From Nitrospiraceae bacterium (GTDB lineage: Bacteria; Nitrospirota; Nitrospiria; Nitrospirales; Nitrospiraceae), in contig JBFWWG010000002.1 of NCBI GenBank assembly GCA_050246315.1, positions 561,159 through 625,158 on the forward strand: a stretch of 64,000 nucleotides of DNA. Direction: 5' to 3'. This document shows positions 8,162-17,161 of this stretch, one piece after another. The translations under genes and the position numbers were made by a program. The notes beneath the pieces are model-generated. The model did no database searches. It saw only the letters and a program-made list of their open reading frames with translations, and had not been told where the DNA came from. Each line of letters begins with the position of its first letter. The stretch's first letter is position 1.

Positions 8162-9855
8162 GAGGTCTGTCCCTTTTGCCGGGCCATTCGCCGGCTGTAG
8201 ATCATCGCGTATACGCAGGGCACGAAAAACAGCGTAAAGATGGTGGCCACGAGCAAGCCGCCGATGACGGCGCGACCCAACGGCGCATTCTGAGAATAGC
8301 CCGTCGCCATGGGAACCATTCCGATAATCATGGCCGAGGCGGTCATGAGTACCGGGCGGAAGCGGGTCTTCCCGGCTTCGACCGCGGCCAAGAGCGCGTC
8401 GCCGTGCTCATGGAGCCGCTCACGAGCATACGACACAACGAGGATCGAATTGGCGGTCCCCGTGCCCATGGTCATGATGGCCCCCGTCAGTGCGGGCTCC
8501 GACAGACGCGTATGAGTCAGGAACAACGCCCACGCGATGCCCGCCAAGGCACCGGGCAACGCCGTAATGATGATGAAGGGGTCGAGCCAGGATTGGAAAT
8601 TGACGACGATCAGCAGATACACCAGCACGACCGCGGCGAGTAGGCCGAAGATCAGCTCGAAATAGGCGTCGTGCATCAGCGACGCCTGGCCATGGATTTC
8701 GACCTCGGCGCTGCGCGGCTTCTCGTGCTCCATGTTGTGGACAATCTTCTCGACATCCGTCAGCACACCGCCGAGATCGCGCCCTTCGGCGGAGACATAG
8801 ACGTTGAACAGCGGCATGATGTTCCCGTGCGTGATCACGCCGGGCGTGCCCTCCGCCGACAACTCGGCCAAATTGCCGAGGAGTTGCACATCACGATCGT
8901 TCGAAGAACTACCCGCGGCATCGACCGGGACCGTTTTGATACTATTGACGCTGTTGATCTGCGACTGCGGCGTATACACATTGATCAGATACGACATGCC
9001 CGTACTCGGATCGAGCCAGTAAATTTGATCGACCTGTTGACTCCCGGCGGTCGTCATGAGCAGGTTGTCGGCCATGTTCTTCAGGGTCCGGTTGACTCCG
9101 AGTCCGAACGTGCGGTCGCCTTCCACCATCAGGGTCGGCGTGCGCATCGTCTGCTGAATCACCACATCCGCAGCGCCGGGAATCTCGCGAAACTTCCCAA
9201 CTAATTTACGGGCAAACTCATAGTTGGGGTACATGTCCGGGCCGTTGACCTGCACGTCGATCGGCGCAGGGGCGCCGAAGTTGAGAATTTTTGCGGTCAG
9301 ATCGGAAGGCTGGAACGTGAACTCCGTTCCTGGATAGCGTTCTCTCAAGCCCTTGCGGAGAATGCGCCGATAGTCCCACACCGGCGATTTCTCATCCTTC
9401 AACAGGATCGTCAGATCACAATCCTGGGACCCGATCGTCGGCGTCGGAATGAAGGCGAGGTTGTGCGGCCCGACCGGCAGACCGCAATTGCTGACAATGT
9501 TTTCGACCTGGCCCGGCAGCAACTGCTCGATGCTGTTGGAGACGAGCGTGGCAATGCGCCCCGACACTTCGATGCGCGTCCCAAGCGGCGCCCGCATATG
9601 CATCTGAATGACTCCGGACCTGATCTCGGGAAAGTAATCGCGTCCCAAGAAGAAAAAGAGGGACAGGGAAGCCACCGCGATGGCCAGCGAGATCGTGACG
9701 AAGGTCTTACGACGGGCGATCACCCGTTCGAGCAGCCTGCCATAGCCCTCGCGAAACCGCTCGAAGCGGCGCTCGAACCCCCTCTGAAAGCGGACGAACG
9801 GATTCCCCGACGGCTTGACGCCGTCATGTCCATCCTGGTTATGCGGCTGCGACAT
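8158..9855 (-). CDS. RND permease, C-terminal half (split gene or frameshift)
   Basis: FQSWLDPFII, ANSILVV, RFRPVLMT, LGRAVIGGL, TLFFVP (second RND repeat). Confidence 0.85.
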   Translation of the reverse strand: MSQPHNQDGHDGVKPSGNPFVRFQRGFERRFERFREGYGRLLERVIARRKTFVTISLAIAVASLSLFFFLGRDYFPEIRSGVIQMHMRAPLGTRIEVSGRIATLVSNSIEQLLPGQVENIVSNCGLPVGPHNLAFIPTPTIGSQDCDLTILLKDEKSPVWDYRRILRKGLRERYPGTEFTFQPSDLTAKILNFGAPAPIDVQVNGPDMYPNYEFARKLVGKFREIPGAADVVIQQTMRTPTLMVEGDRTFGLGVNRTLKNMADNLLMTTAGSQQVDQIYWLDPSTGMSYLINVYTPQSQINSVNSIKTVPVDAAGSSSNDRDVQLLGNLAELSAEGTPGVITHGNIMPLFNVYVSAEGRDLGGVLTDVEKIVHNMEHEKPRSAEVEIHGQASLMHDAYFELIFGLLAAVVLVYLLIVVNFQSWLDPFIIITALPGALAGIAWALFLTHTRLSEPALTGAIMTMGTGTANSILVVSYARERLHEHGDALLAAVEAGKTRFRPVLMTASAMIIGMVPMATGYSQNAPLGRAVIGGLLVATIFTLFFVPCVYAMIYSRRMARQKGQTS

Positions 9856-11338
9856 GATGACTCTTCATCAGATATTTCGCCATGGTGGGCACCAACGTGC
9901 GCGACAGGATGAAGGAGGCGAGCATCGCGATGATGACCGCCTCCGCCATGGGCTTGAACAGGTAGCCGGCGACGCCGCCGAGCTCGAAGAGCGGGAGCCA
10001 GACGATCGCGATACACAAGGTGGCGACCAGCGTCGGGACGACGATCTCATTGGCGGCGTCGATGATGGCCTGCTCCAGCGGCTTGCCCATTTCGATATGG
10101 CGGTCGATATTCTCGATCATCACGGTCGCGTCATCGACCAGAATACCGACGGCCAGCGCCAACCCGCCCAAGGTCATCACGTTGATCGTCTCTCCGAGCC
10201 AATGCAAGCCGAGAATGGCGCTCAAGATCGACAGCGGGATCGAGGTCCATACGATGACCGTGGCCCTCCATGAGCCGAGCAACAGCAGCACGATGAGGCC
10301 GACCAGGGCGCCGGCGGTCGCCATTTCATGCACGACATCCGAGATCGAATCCTTCACGAAGGTCGAGGCGTCGTCGAGAAGCCTGATCCTCACACCCTCC
10401 GGAGAGATTTGCTCGGCGCGCGGGATCATCTTCTTGATTCCATCGACCACGTCGAGGGTCGAGGCCTCCGTGCTCTTCATCGCGACGATGATGACGGTCT
10501 GCTTGCCCTTCACCAACACCGCGTTCTGTTGCACCCGGCCCATGAGGCGCACGGTCGCGACGTCGCGCAGATAGATATACGCGTTGCCTTCCCGTTTGAT
10601 CGGGATATTCGCGAAATCCTCGATCTTCAACGGTGACGCGTTCGTCAGGACGATCCAGTCGGTCGGCTTGATCTTGATGTCGCCGGACGGCAACACGAGG
10701 TATTGCTGCATGAGAACATCGTGAATGTCCGAGGGAGTGAGATGGCGGGCGAGCATCTTCTGTTGATCGAGGTTGACCATGACCTGCATATCCTGGCCCC
10801 CGTAGGGATGCGGCAGGACGATCCCCGGCACCGTCACGAGCAAGGGGCGGATGCGCATGTAGGCGAGGTTGTAGAGCTCCGCGGGCGTCATGCTGTCGGA
10901 GCTGATTTCGAGCATGGCCACCGGTATCGACGAGGGTGCCAGGCGCATGACCATGGGCGGGGAAATATCGGGCGGCAGCGCCTTGACGACGTTCTGCGCA
11001 ATACCCACGATATCTGCTTCGGCACGGCCTACGTCGACGCCGTCCTGCAGGAAAATATTGGTGATGCTGCTCCCGTAGTAGGAATGACTATGAATGTACT
11101 TAATGCCCTCCACGGTCGAGGTCAGGAAGCGTTCGAATAGATACGTGATGCGCCCTTCCACCTGCTGCGGCAACAGACCGGAGTAGATCCAGACCACGGA
11201 GGTAACGGGAATCGTAATATTCGGGAAGACGTCCGTCGGCATGTGGAGAATGGTAAGACTCCCCATCGCCACGATCAGGATCGACATGACGACGAAGGTA
11301 TACGGTCTGCGCAGGGCGATGAGGACAATTTGGTTCAT
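9839..11338 (-). CDS. RND permease, N-terminal half (split gene or frameshift)
   Basis: ALRRPY, DVFPNI, NVMTLGGLALAVGILVDDATVMIEN; ends after TM6 and overlaps the next ORF by 17 nt. Confidence 0.85.
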   Translation of the reverse strand: MNQIVLIALRRPYTFVVMSILIVAMGSLTILHMPTDVFPNITIPVTSVVWIYSGLLPQQVEGRITYLFERFLTSTVEGIKYIHSHSYYGSSITNIFLQDGVDVGRAEADIVGIAQNVVKALPPDISPPMVMRLAPSSIPVAMLEISSDSMTPAELYNLAYMRIRPLLVTVPGIVLPHPYGGQDMQVMVNLDQQKMLARHLTPSDIHDVLMQQYLVLPSGDIKIKPTDWIVLTNASPLKIEDFANIPIKREGNAYIYLRDVATVRLMGRVQQNAVLVKGKQTVIIVAMKSTEASTLDVVDGIKKMIPRAEQISPEGVRIRLLDDASTFVKDSISDVVHEMATAGALVGLIVLLLLGSWRATVIVWTSIPLSILSAILGLHWLGETINVMTLGGLALAVGILVDDATVMIENIDRHIEMGKPLEQAIIDAANEIVVPTLVATLCIAIVWLPLFELGGVAGYLFKPMAEAVIIAMLASFILSRTLVPTMAKYLMKSHHVAAA

Positions 11339-11488
11339 AGGCGAACTCTGCCAACCACGGGTGCCACAACAGTTGGATGTTTGATCATGACCTTAATGGA
11401 TTTCAATGATTAACGGATGTCTCTGATTCGAAGTCTTGGGACAGGGCCGACCATCCAAATACGAGAATATATAGCAATGCCTGCACAG

Positions 11489-11615
11489 ACAGCAAACTCC
11501 ATACAGCAAACTCCATACCTGATCGTCACATGTTATCAACCGATGGGTCGGGAATGGAGGAAGGATGCATGTCATGCTGATACGGACAGGACCTCGCTGA
11601 TACGGACGGGACCTC
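11489..11615. repeat. Two short tandem duplications in a divergent intergenic region
   Basis: ACAGCAAACTCCAT x2 (11489-11516); GCTGATACGGACRGGACCTC x2 (11576-11615). Confidence 0.85.
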
Positions 11616-11810
11616 TGCAACGCCGACTCGGTTCGGACCGGACAACTTAACAACTCTCCATGGTGCATCCGTTCACAGAGCGCGCCGTGCGGAATCACAC
11701 GATTTTGAGGGTCGTGCGGGCGAGGGGGTCGTATAAGCCTCAGTGAAGAACTCGTTGGAGATGCGATGGTTGGGCTGGTTTTCTCTGATTGATCCCTTCG
11801 AGACAATCGT

Positions 11811-11826
11811 GGGCATTGATCTTGCT
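11811..11826 (+). promoter_or_regulatory. Putative sigma54 -24/-12 promoter of modA paralog 2
   Basis: GGGCATTGATCTTGCT fits GG-N10-GC with TTGCT. Confidence 0.55.
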
Positions 11827-11894
11827 GTCATACCCGCCTCAATAGTCTCGACTCATGGACCCCTCGTGAGAAGAAGATCCGAGAAAGGAGCATC

Positions 11895-12710
11895 ATGACG
11901 CGGAACTTGGCATTCTGGATGGCGATGACGATCATCAGCGGACTTGGAAGCATCGTGACGACGGAAGAGCAGGCCCGCGCCGAGACCCTGACGGTGGGAG
12001 CCGCGCAAAGCTTACAAGCGGCTCTTCAGGAAATTGTGCCGATGTTCGAGAAAGAGTATGAAGCGACGGTACGCGTTGTGTACGGTCCGTCACAAACGCT
12101 TCGCCGCGAAATCGAGAAGGGCGCACCGATCGACGTATTCCTCCCTGCGGCGGTGGAGGAGGTCGAGAAACTGCACGCAAAGGGGCTGACTCTCAGCGGC
12201 GCACCGCGCGTCTACGCACAGACCTCGCTCGTCCTCGTGATGTCGGCGGCCTCCCGCGCCATCGCGGTCTCCTTGAACGATGCGTTGCCGAATCGAGCGA
12301 CGCACCTCGCGATCGGTGATCCCCGCACCTCCTCGTTGGGAGTGGCCACGGCCAGAGCCCTTACCCAGCTTGATCCTGCGTACAAGACCCGCTTCAGCCT
12401 TCTCTATGCTCAACATAACGAGGATCTCGTGAATCTGGTTCATCTGGGGAAGGCGGACGTGGGCATCGTCTACCGCATCGATGCGATCAACAACGGACGA
12501 CTGCGCATCATTGATGAAGCCCCGGTCGGAACGCATACGGCGGTCCGGTTCGGAGAGGCGGTGGTATCGACCTGTCGGCCGGCATCCGTGGACACCGCAA
12601 AAAAGTTTTCCGATTTCATGGTGAGTCCGCGCATACAAAAACTCTTGCTCAAGTATGGATTTGACCCCGTGCCTTCGAAAGAGGCGGAGATGAAAAACGG
12701 AAGTCACTGA
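11895..12710 (+). CDS. modA: ModA-family binding protein (paralog 2)
   Basis: AAQSL, YGPSQTL, GAPIDVF, AIGDPR, ADVGIVYRIDA, LLKYGF; AAGGAG RBS. Confidence 0.82.
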   Translation: MTRNLAFWMAMTIISGLGSIVTTEEQARAETLTVGAAQSLQAALQEIVPMFEKEYEATVRVVYGPSQTLRREIEKGAPIDVFLPAAVEEVEKLHAKGLTLSGAPRVYAQTSLVLVMSAASRAIAVSLNDALPNRATHLAIGDPRTSSLGVATARALTQLDPAYKTRFSLLYAQHNEDLVNLVHLGKADVGIVYRIDAINNGRLRIIDEAPVGTHTAVRFGEAVVSTCRPASVDTAKKFSDFMVSPRIQKLLLKYGFDPVPSKEAEMKNGSH

Positions 12711-12851
12711 GCATGGGCAGTGACGAAGAAACACCGAACTCCGACGTCTCTGAGGCCGAGTCCCGGCGCTCTCCACCATGATCTTCCAACCATCATCCTC
12801 AAAATGGTCGGATGCACCTTCATTCTCGGCGGGAACCGATCCGCGATGTCG

Positions 12852-13937
12852 TCAGCGCGAGATCAGGTGCACCGCGCCGGCCTTGATAGCGGCCTTCACA
12901 TAGATGCCCGGTTGCAGTCCGAGGTCAAGCAAGGAAGAGCGGGTGACCAGGGCCGTCACGAGGAATCCACAATCGACCCGGACCTTGGCCAAGGCGCCGA
13001 CCGATTGGATATCGGTGATGCACCCGAAAAGATGGTTTCTGGCGCTCGTCACCCCCGACTCAGCCGGTTCCAACACCACATCCTCAGCCCTGATGCAGAC
13101 ATACACGTCCTGCGCGATGCCTTCCGAACCGACGGCGGCCAGCAGTAATCCACCCACCTCCACGGTCACCAGGCCGTCAGCCTCCCCGATCACGCGTCCC
13201 TGCAGCACGGTTTCAACCCCGACCACCTGAGCCACCTCCGCATCCAACGGACGGCTGAACACCTCCTGAGGTGTCCCGGTTTGCACGACGCGACCATGGT
13301 TGATGACAACCATGGTATCGCCGAGTTCCAAGGCTTCCGCCCAATCGTGCGTGACGACGAGTGTTGGAATTGCCAAGCGCTTGAGCAGTCCGCGCAATTC
13401 ACCGCACAAACGGGCGCGTGTCGGCACATCCAATGCGGAGAGCGGCTCATCTAATAGCAACAGACGGGGCCGTCGCACAATCGCCCGGGCCAGGGCGACC
13501 CGTTGCTGCTGTCCGCCGGACAATTGGTTGGGACGGCGCTCGGCCAAGTCTTCGATGTGCATAAGGCGCAGTACATCAGTGATGCGTTGTACCCGTTCTG
13601 TCTTCGGGAGGTCGCCGAGGCCGAACGCGAGGTTCCCGGCCACGGTGCAATGGGGAAACAGCGCATAGTCCTGGGACATGTAGCCCAACGCACGTGCCTG
13701 CGGAGAACGGACAATACCGTCTCGGACGTCGAGCCACCGTTCGCCGTCGAATCGAATCGTCCCTTCTTCCGGCCGCTCCAATCCGGCCAAGCATCTGAGC
13801 ACCGTGGTTTTTCCGGACCCGGATGGACCAAACAGAATCGTCACCGATGGAGGGTCCAGTGGAACCCGGAGCCGAGCTTCTACCGTCAGCTTGCTGGGAA
13901 AGGTCTTCCGGAAATCGAGGCTTATTTCTGCGGCCAT
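12852..13937 (-). CDS. modC: Molybdate ABC transporter ATP-binding subunit with C-terminal TOBE domains
   Basis: GPSGSGKT, LSGGQQQ, LLLLDEP, VTHD; TSARN TOBE motif. Confidence 0.92.
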   Translation of the reverse strand: MAAEISLDFRKTFPSKLTVEARLRVPLDPPSVTILFGPSGSGKTTVLRCLAGLERPEEGTIRFDGERWLDVRDGIVRSPQARALGYMSQDYALFPHCTVAGNLAFGLGDLPKTERVQRITDVLRLMHIEDLAERRPNQLSGGQQQRVALARAIVRRPRLLLLDEPLSALDVPTRARLCGELRGLLKRLAIPTLVVTHDWAEALELGDTMVVINHGRVVQTGTPQEVFSRPLDAEVAQVVGVETVLQGRVIGEADGLVTVEVGGLLLAAVGSEGIAQDVYVCIRAEDVVLEPAESGVTSARNHLFGCITDIQSVGALAKVRVDCGFLVTALVTRSSLLDLGLQPGIYVKAAIKAGAVHLISR

Positions 13938-14596
13938 GCCGCCCACATGGTGCGATTGAGGCCGTATACGCCGAGTAGTACGAGATACGAGATGGCCAGC
14001 AGGAGCGCGGACGTCTTGCCGGCAACCGCATAGTTCAAAGATTGGACTTCATCATAGATTTCGATGGAGACCGTGCGCGTGACCCCTTCGATATTGCCGC
14101 CTACCATCAGCACCACCCCGAATTCTCCAAGCGTATGGGCGAAACTGAGCACGAAGCCGGTAATGATCCCCGCAGCCGACAGGGGGATGATCAATTTCAG
14201 AAACGTGCCGAGCTTGGACACACCCAACGTCCAGGACATTTCGACCAAACGCCGATCGACCTGTTGAAAGGCCGAGGCAAACGGCTGCACGGCAAACGGC
14301 AAACTATACAAGACCGAGGCAATCAAGAGACCTTCGAACGTAAAGGGCAAGGGATGCCCCACGATCTCCGTGTACCAGCGGCCTACCGGACTGTGAGGGC
14401 CGATGGCGACCAGAACATAAAATCCGATGACGGTCGGCGGCAGCACCAACGGGAGGGCCACCACCGACTCGACCAATACCTTCCAGCGTTGCCGCGAATA
14501 GGTGAGCCAGTAGGCAATCGGCAGGCCGACCGCCAACAGAATCACGGCGGTCAGCAGCGCCAACTCAAGCGTGAGCAGAATCGCCGTCCAGTTCAC
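13922..14596 (-). CDS. modB: Molybdate ABC transporter permease
   Basis: LPLVLPPTVIGFY, YSLPFAVQP, FAHTLGEFGVVLMVGGNI; GTG start behind GGAGGAGG. Confidence 0.95.
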   Translation of the reverse strand: MNWTAILLTLELALLTAVILLAVGLPIAYWLTYSRQRWKVLVESVVALPLVLPPTVIGFYVLVAIGPHSPVGRWYTEIVGHPLPFTFEGLLIASVLYSLPFAVQPFASAFQQVDRRLVEMSWTLGVSKLGTFLKLIIPLSAAGIITGFVLSFAHTLGEFGVVLMVGGNIEGVTRTVSIEIYDEVQSLNYAVAGKTSALLLAISYLVLLGVYGLNRTMWAAWPQK

Positions 14597-14680
14597 GTAT
14601 GCGAGACCTCCTCCGTCGGCTGACGCGCCCGCCCCGGTGTATCCTGGCAAGCAGGCGCGTCGGAGCGCCCTCGGAAGACC

Positions 14681-14884
14681 TTATTTGCCGACCAGCACTT
14701 CGGTCGCCTTGATGGCGACGGTCACTTGATCATTGACCTTGAGTCCCATGCTTTTCACGGAGCCTTCCGTAATGGCGGCGACGAATTCCAGATTTCCCAC
14801 CTTCACGGCTACTTCGGCCATGGCCTGACCCTCGGTAATTTTCGTGACCGTCCCCTGAAATTGATTGCGCGCGCTGAGCTTCAT
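14681..14884 (-). CDS. mop: Molbindin/Mop single-TOBE molybdate-binding protein
   Basis: MKLSARNQF...AAITEGSV...AIKATEV. Confidence 0.92.
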   Translation of the reverse strand: MKLSARNQFQGTVTKITEGQAMAEVAVKVGNLEFVAAITEGSVKSMGLKVNDQVTVAIKATEVLVGK

Positions 14885-15327
14885 CTATTCCCTCCTTGGT
14901 ATTGGTGAATGAGTTGTGAACTGGACGATCCTCTCGCTCCCGCTCCTGATCTCGACCGCTCATCAATAGGGTCGTGAGCCCCACCTGAGGCAGCCTTGCA
15001 TTCGAACTGTACGCCCCATTTCCGACCGATGCCTTCGTCCTCGGTGCCTTCCTTGGTACCGGAAACGCTCGTATACCCGCGCGCCTCCCCTTCTCGAATG
15101 ACACGATAGCCGGCCGGGCATTTCCGCATCATGAGCGCATCGGCCTGCCTGCGGTAGGGAGACATCAGGTGCCCCCCGCGGTCCTCCTTGTAGGAATAGG
15201 AGACCAATCCTCCCGACGGCGTTTCCCGCACCATCTGAACCGCGTCTGAGCAGCCGGTAGCCGCGCCCCAGAGCCAGAGCAGCACCAGACCCTGACAGAC
15301 CGGCGCGCTCGTCACCCGCCCGTTCAT
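14881..15327 (-). CDS. Hypothetical lipoprotein
   Basis: Lipobox ATGC; two further Cys (KCPAGY, FECK); stop overlaps the mop ATG. Confidence 0.65.
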   Translation of the reverse strand: MNGRVTSAPVCQGLVLLWLWGAATGCSDAVQMVRETPSGGLVSYSYKEDRGGHLMSPYRRQADALMMRKCPAGYRVIREGEARGYTSVSGTKEGTEDEGIGRKWGVQFECKAASGGAHDPIDERSRSGAGARGSSSSQLIHQYQGGNR

Positions 15328-15391
15328 GACATGCCGCTCCTCCAGACCATCGCATTCGTTGCACGTGACCATGCCACCGTACGCAAGCCGT

Positions 15392-16195
15392 TTACGATGG
15401 AAGGACGAAGCCGTAGCGTGTCATGATCGCCCGCCCTTCCTCCGTTTGGAGGAACGCGAGAAATGACTTGGCACGATCCTGATTCGACGAATTCTTAAGA
15501 ATCACGACCCCATGTTCCAAGGCCGGGTGGGCGTCCGCTGGAATCTCCCAATATTTCCCTATCCTCTTCATCGTGGGAGTCATGGCCAGTGACAGCGCGA
15601 TCAACCCGATATCCGAGGCACCGGATTCGATGAACTGTCCCGCCTGCGAAATATTCTCCCCGAACACCAACTTGCCCTTGACCCGATCGTGCACCTTGAA
15701 ATGTTCCATGGCCGCGACGGCGGCACGGCCGTAGGGTGCATGTTTGGGATTCGCAATCGCGACCTTCTTGACCAAGGGATCGAGCAGGACGTCCATCCCC
15801 CGCTCCTCCACCGGAAGCGGAGATTTTGCCAAGGTCCAGAGCACGAGGCGACCGACGGCATACTTGGACAGCGATCCGGGCACGGTCAGCTCCGCGTCCT
15901 CGAGCTTCTTCGGATAGGCCATATCGGCGGAGAAGAAGACATCGAACGGAGCCCCGTTCTGAATCTGCGAGTAGAAATTTCCGGATGAACCGAGCGTCAA
16001 CTTGACCCGTTCACCGGTCTTCTTTTCATACTCGCCGACCAGCTCCTTGAAGGCGAAATTCAGACTTGATGCCGCGGCAATCGTCAGATCGCCGGCCTGC
16101 GCCGAGGAAGGACTTCCCAGCGCCGAAAGCAGCGCGATGACGATCAGCACGCGGCCGATATTCCAAATCGAACTCCTGTTCCCTGCCACCTTCAT
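15392..16195 (-). CDS. modA: Canonical molybdate-binding protein ModA (paralog 3)
   Basis: AAASSL, GSSG, QIQNGAPFDVFFSAD, ANPKHAPYG, GENISQA. Confidence 0.95.
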   Translation of the reverse strand: MKVAGNRSSIWNIGRVLIVIALLSALGSPSSAQAGDLTIAAASSLNFAFKELVGEYEKKTGERVKLTLGSSGNFYSQIQNGAPFDVFFSADMAYPKKLEDAELTVPGSLSKYAVGRLVLWTLAKSPLPVEERGMDVLLDPLVKKVAIANPKHAPYGRAAVAAMEHFKVHDRVKGKLVFGENISQAGQFIESGASDIGLIALSLAMTPTMKRIGKYWEIPADAHPALEHGVVILKNSSNQDRAKSFLAFLQTEEGRAIMTRYGFVLPS

Positions 16196-16340
16196 GAATT
16201 CCTCCATCTCACACTCGATCGTGAGCCGAACCCTATCACCGTCTTCACCCTTCACTCAACCATCCTTACGACGAGAGGTGATACCGTCAACCGCCCTGCT
16301 CCGCCGCACCTCGAGTGACTGGATCATGCTTTGCCGCCTG

Positions 16341-17015
16341 TCACGGACGCGCCGGCTGATCCTCCGGCTGCTGCGGCAATGGCGGATCGATCACCTGGAT
16401 GCGAATGATGTTGGACACGTTCCGCGCGCCGGACTTGTCCCCTGGATTGATGATTCTCGCAAACCCCGGAGCATCGAGCAGCACGCCGTCCTTCGCATAC
16501 GCGACGATCACTTGATGTTGTCCTCCGATCGCCGGGACCAACTCCCCCATGGAGTAGGCTTGCTGATAACAATCGCTGCCCGTAATCAAGATGATCTTCC
16601 GGTTGACATCATTCCTGACCCCCGAGTTCAGCAATACTTCCGCCTGCTGAAGCAAATCATACAAGAGCACGCCGGTCCATTCACCCGTTTCAAACCCGGT
16701 CGGGCTTGCTCCCGATCGATAAAAGGCCCACACCGTCGTTTGGGTCGGCTGCCCTCGTAGTCTAGCCAGATCGAGGGTCATAGGGTTCTTCACCTTACCA
16801 CCCAAGCGAAACTGCGTAGACGGCCCGCCCGGACAATTGAGGAAATGCTTCCGCTGTTCTTCCGGAGACAGATTAGCCGGAACCGGTTGATGGTCGTCGG
16901 CCGCCTCGACGCCATCCAACACCTGGGCCCGGCCCGGGGTCGGCCATTGTCCGAGAGAAAGGACCGCTCCCAGTAGAATGCCCAGCAGCACCGCTCGCGA
17001 CGCACAATCCCTCAT
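16341..17015 (-). CDS. Secreted protein with sulfite-oxidase-type molybdopterin-binding (Oxidored_molyb-like) domain
   Basis: GGKVKNPMTLDL, WTGVLLYDLL, GSDCY, VIVAYAKDG, RIINPGD, RNVSNIIRI; Sec-type signal peptide. Confidence 0.75.
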   Translation of the reverse strand: MRDCASRAVLLGILLGAVLSLGQWPTPGRAQVLDGVEAADDHQPVPANLSPEEQRKHFLNCPGGPSTQFRLGGKVKNPMTLDLARLRGQPTQTTVWAFYRSGASPTGFETGEWTGVLLYDLLQQAEVLLNSGVRNDVNRKIILITGSDCYQQAYSMGELVPAIGGQHQVIVAYAKDGVLLDAPGFARIINPGDKSGARNVSNIIRIQVIDPPLPQQPEDQPARP

Positions 17016-17047
17016 CTCATCCCTCCTTGTAGGGAATGGTTGAAGAG

Positions 17048-17150
17048 TCCCAGACCGTCAGGACGACCCGGGATCGTTGGTGCAGCGGGCCGTCGCGTGG
17101 CCGACGACCCGCTGCCAGTCCAGGTGGCGGTCATGGGGGCCTCCCTGGAC
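17048..17150 (-). other. Structured intergenic region with three hairpins
   Basis: Stems at 17048-17073, 17082-17115 (14 bp) and 17118-17150; mismatches resolve as G.U pairs only on the minus strand. Confidence 0.5.
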
Positions 17151-17161
17151 ACCGAACGCCG

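Noticed and set aside
11348..11366. TGGCAC-containing sigma54 candidate upstream of the split RND (minus strand)
   Set aside because: GG-to-GC spacing is not 10 nt
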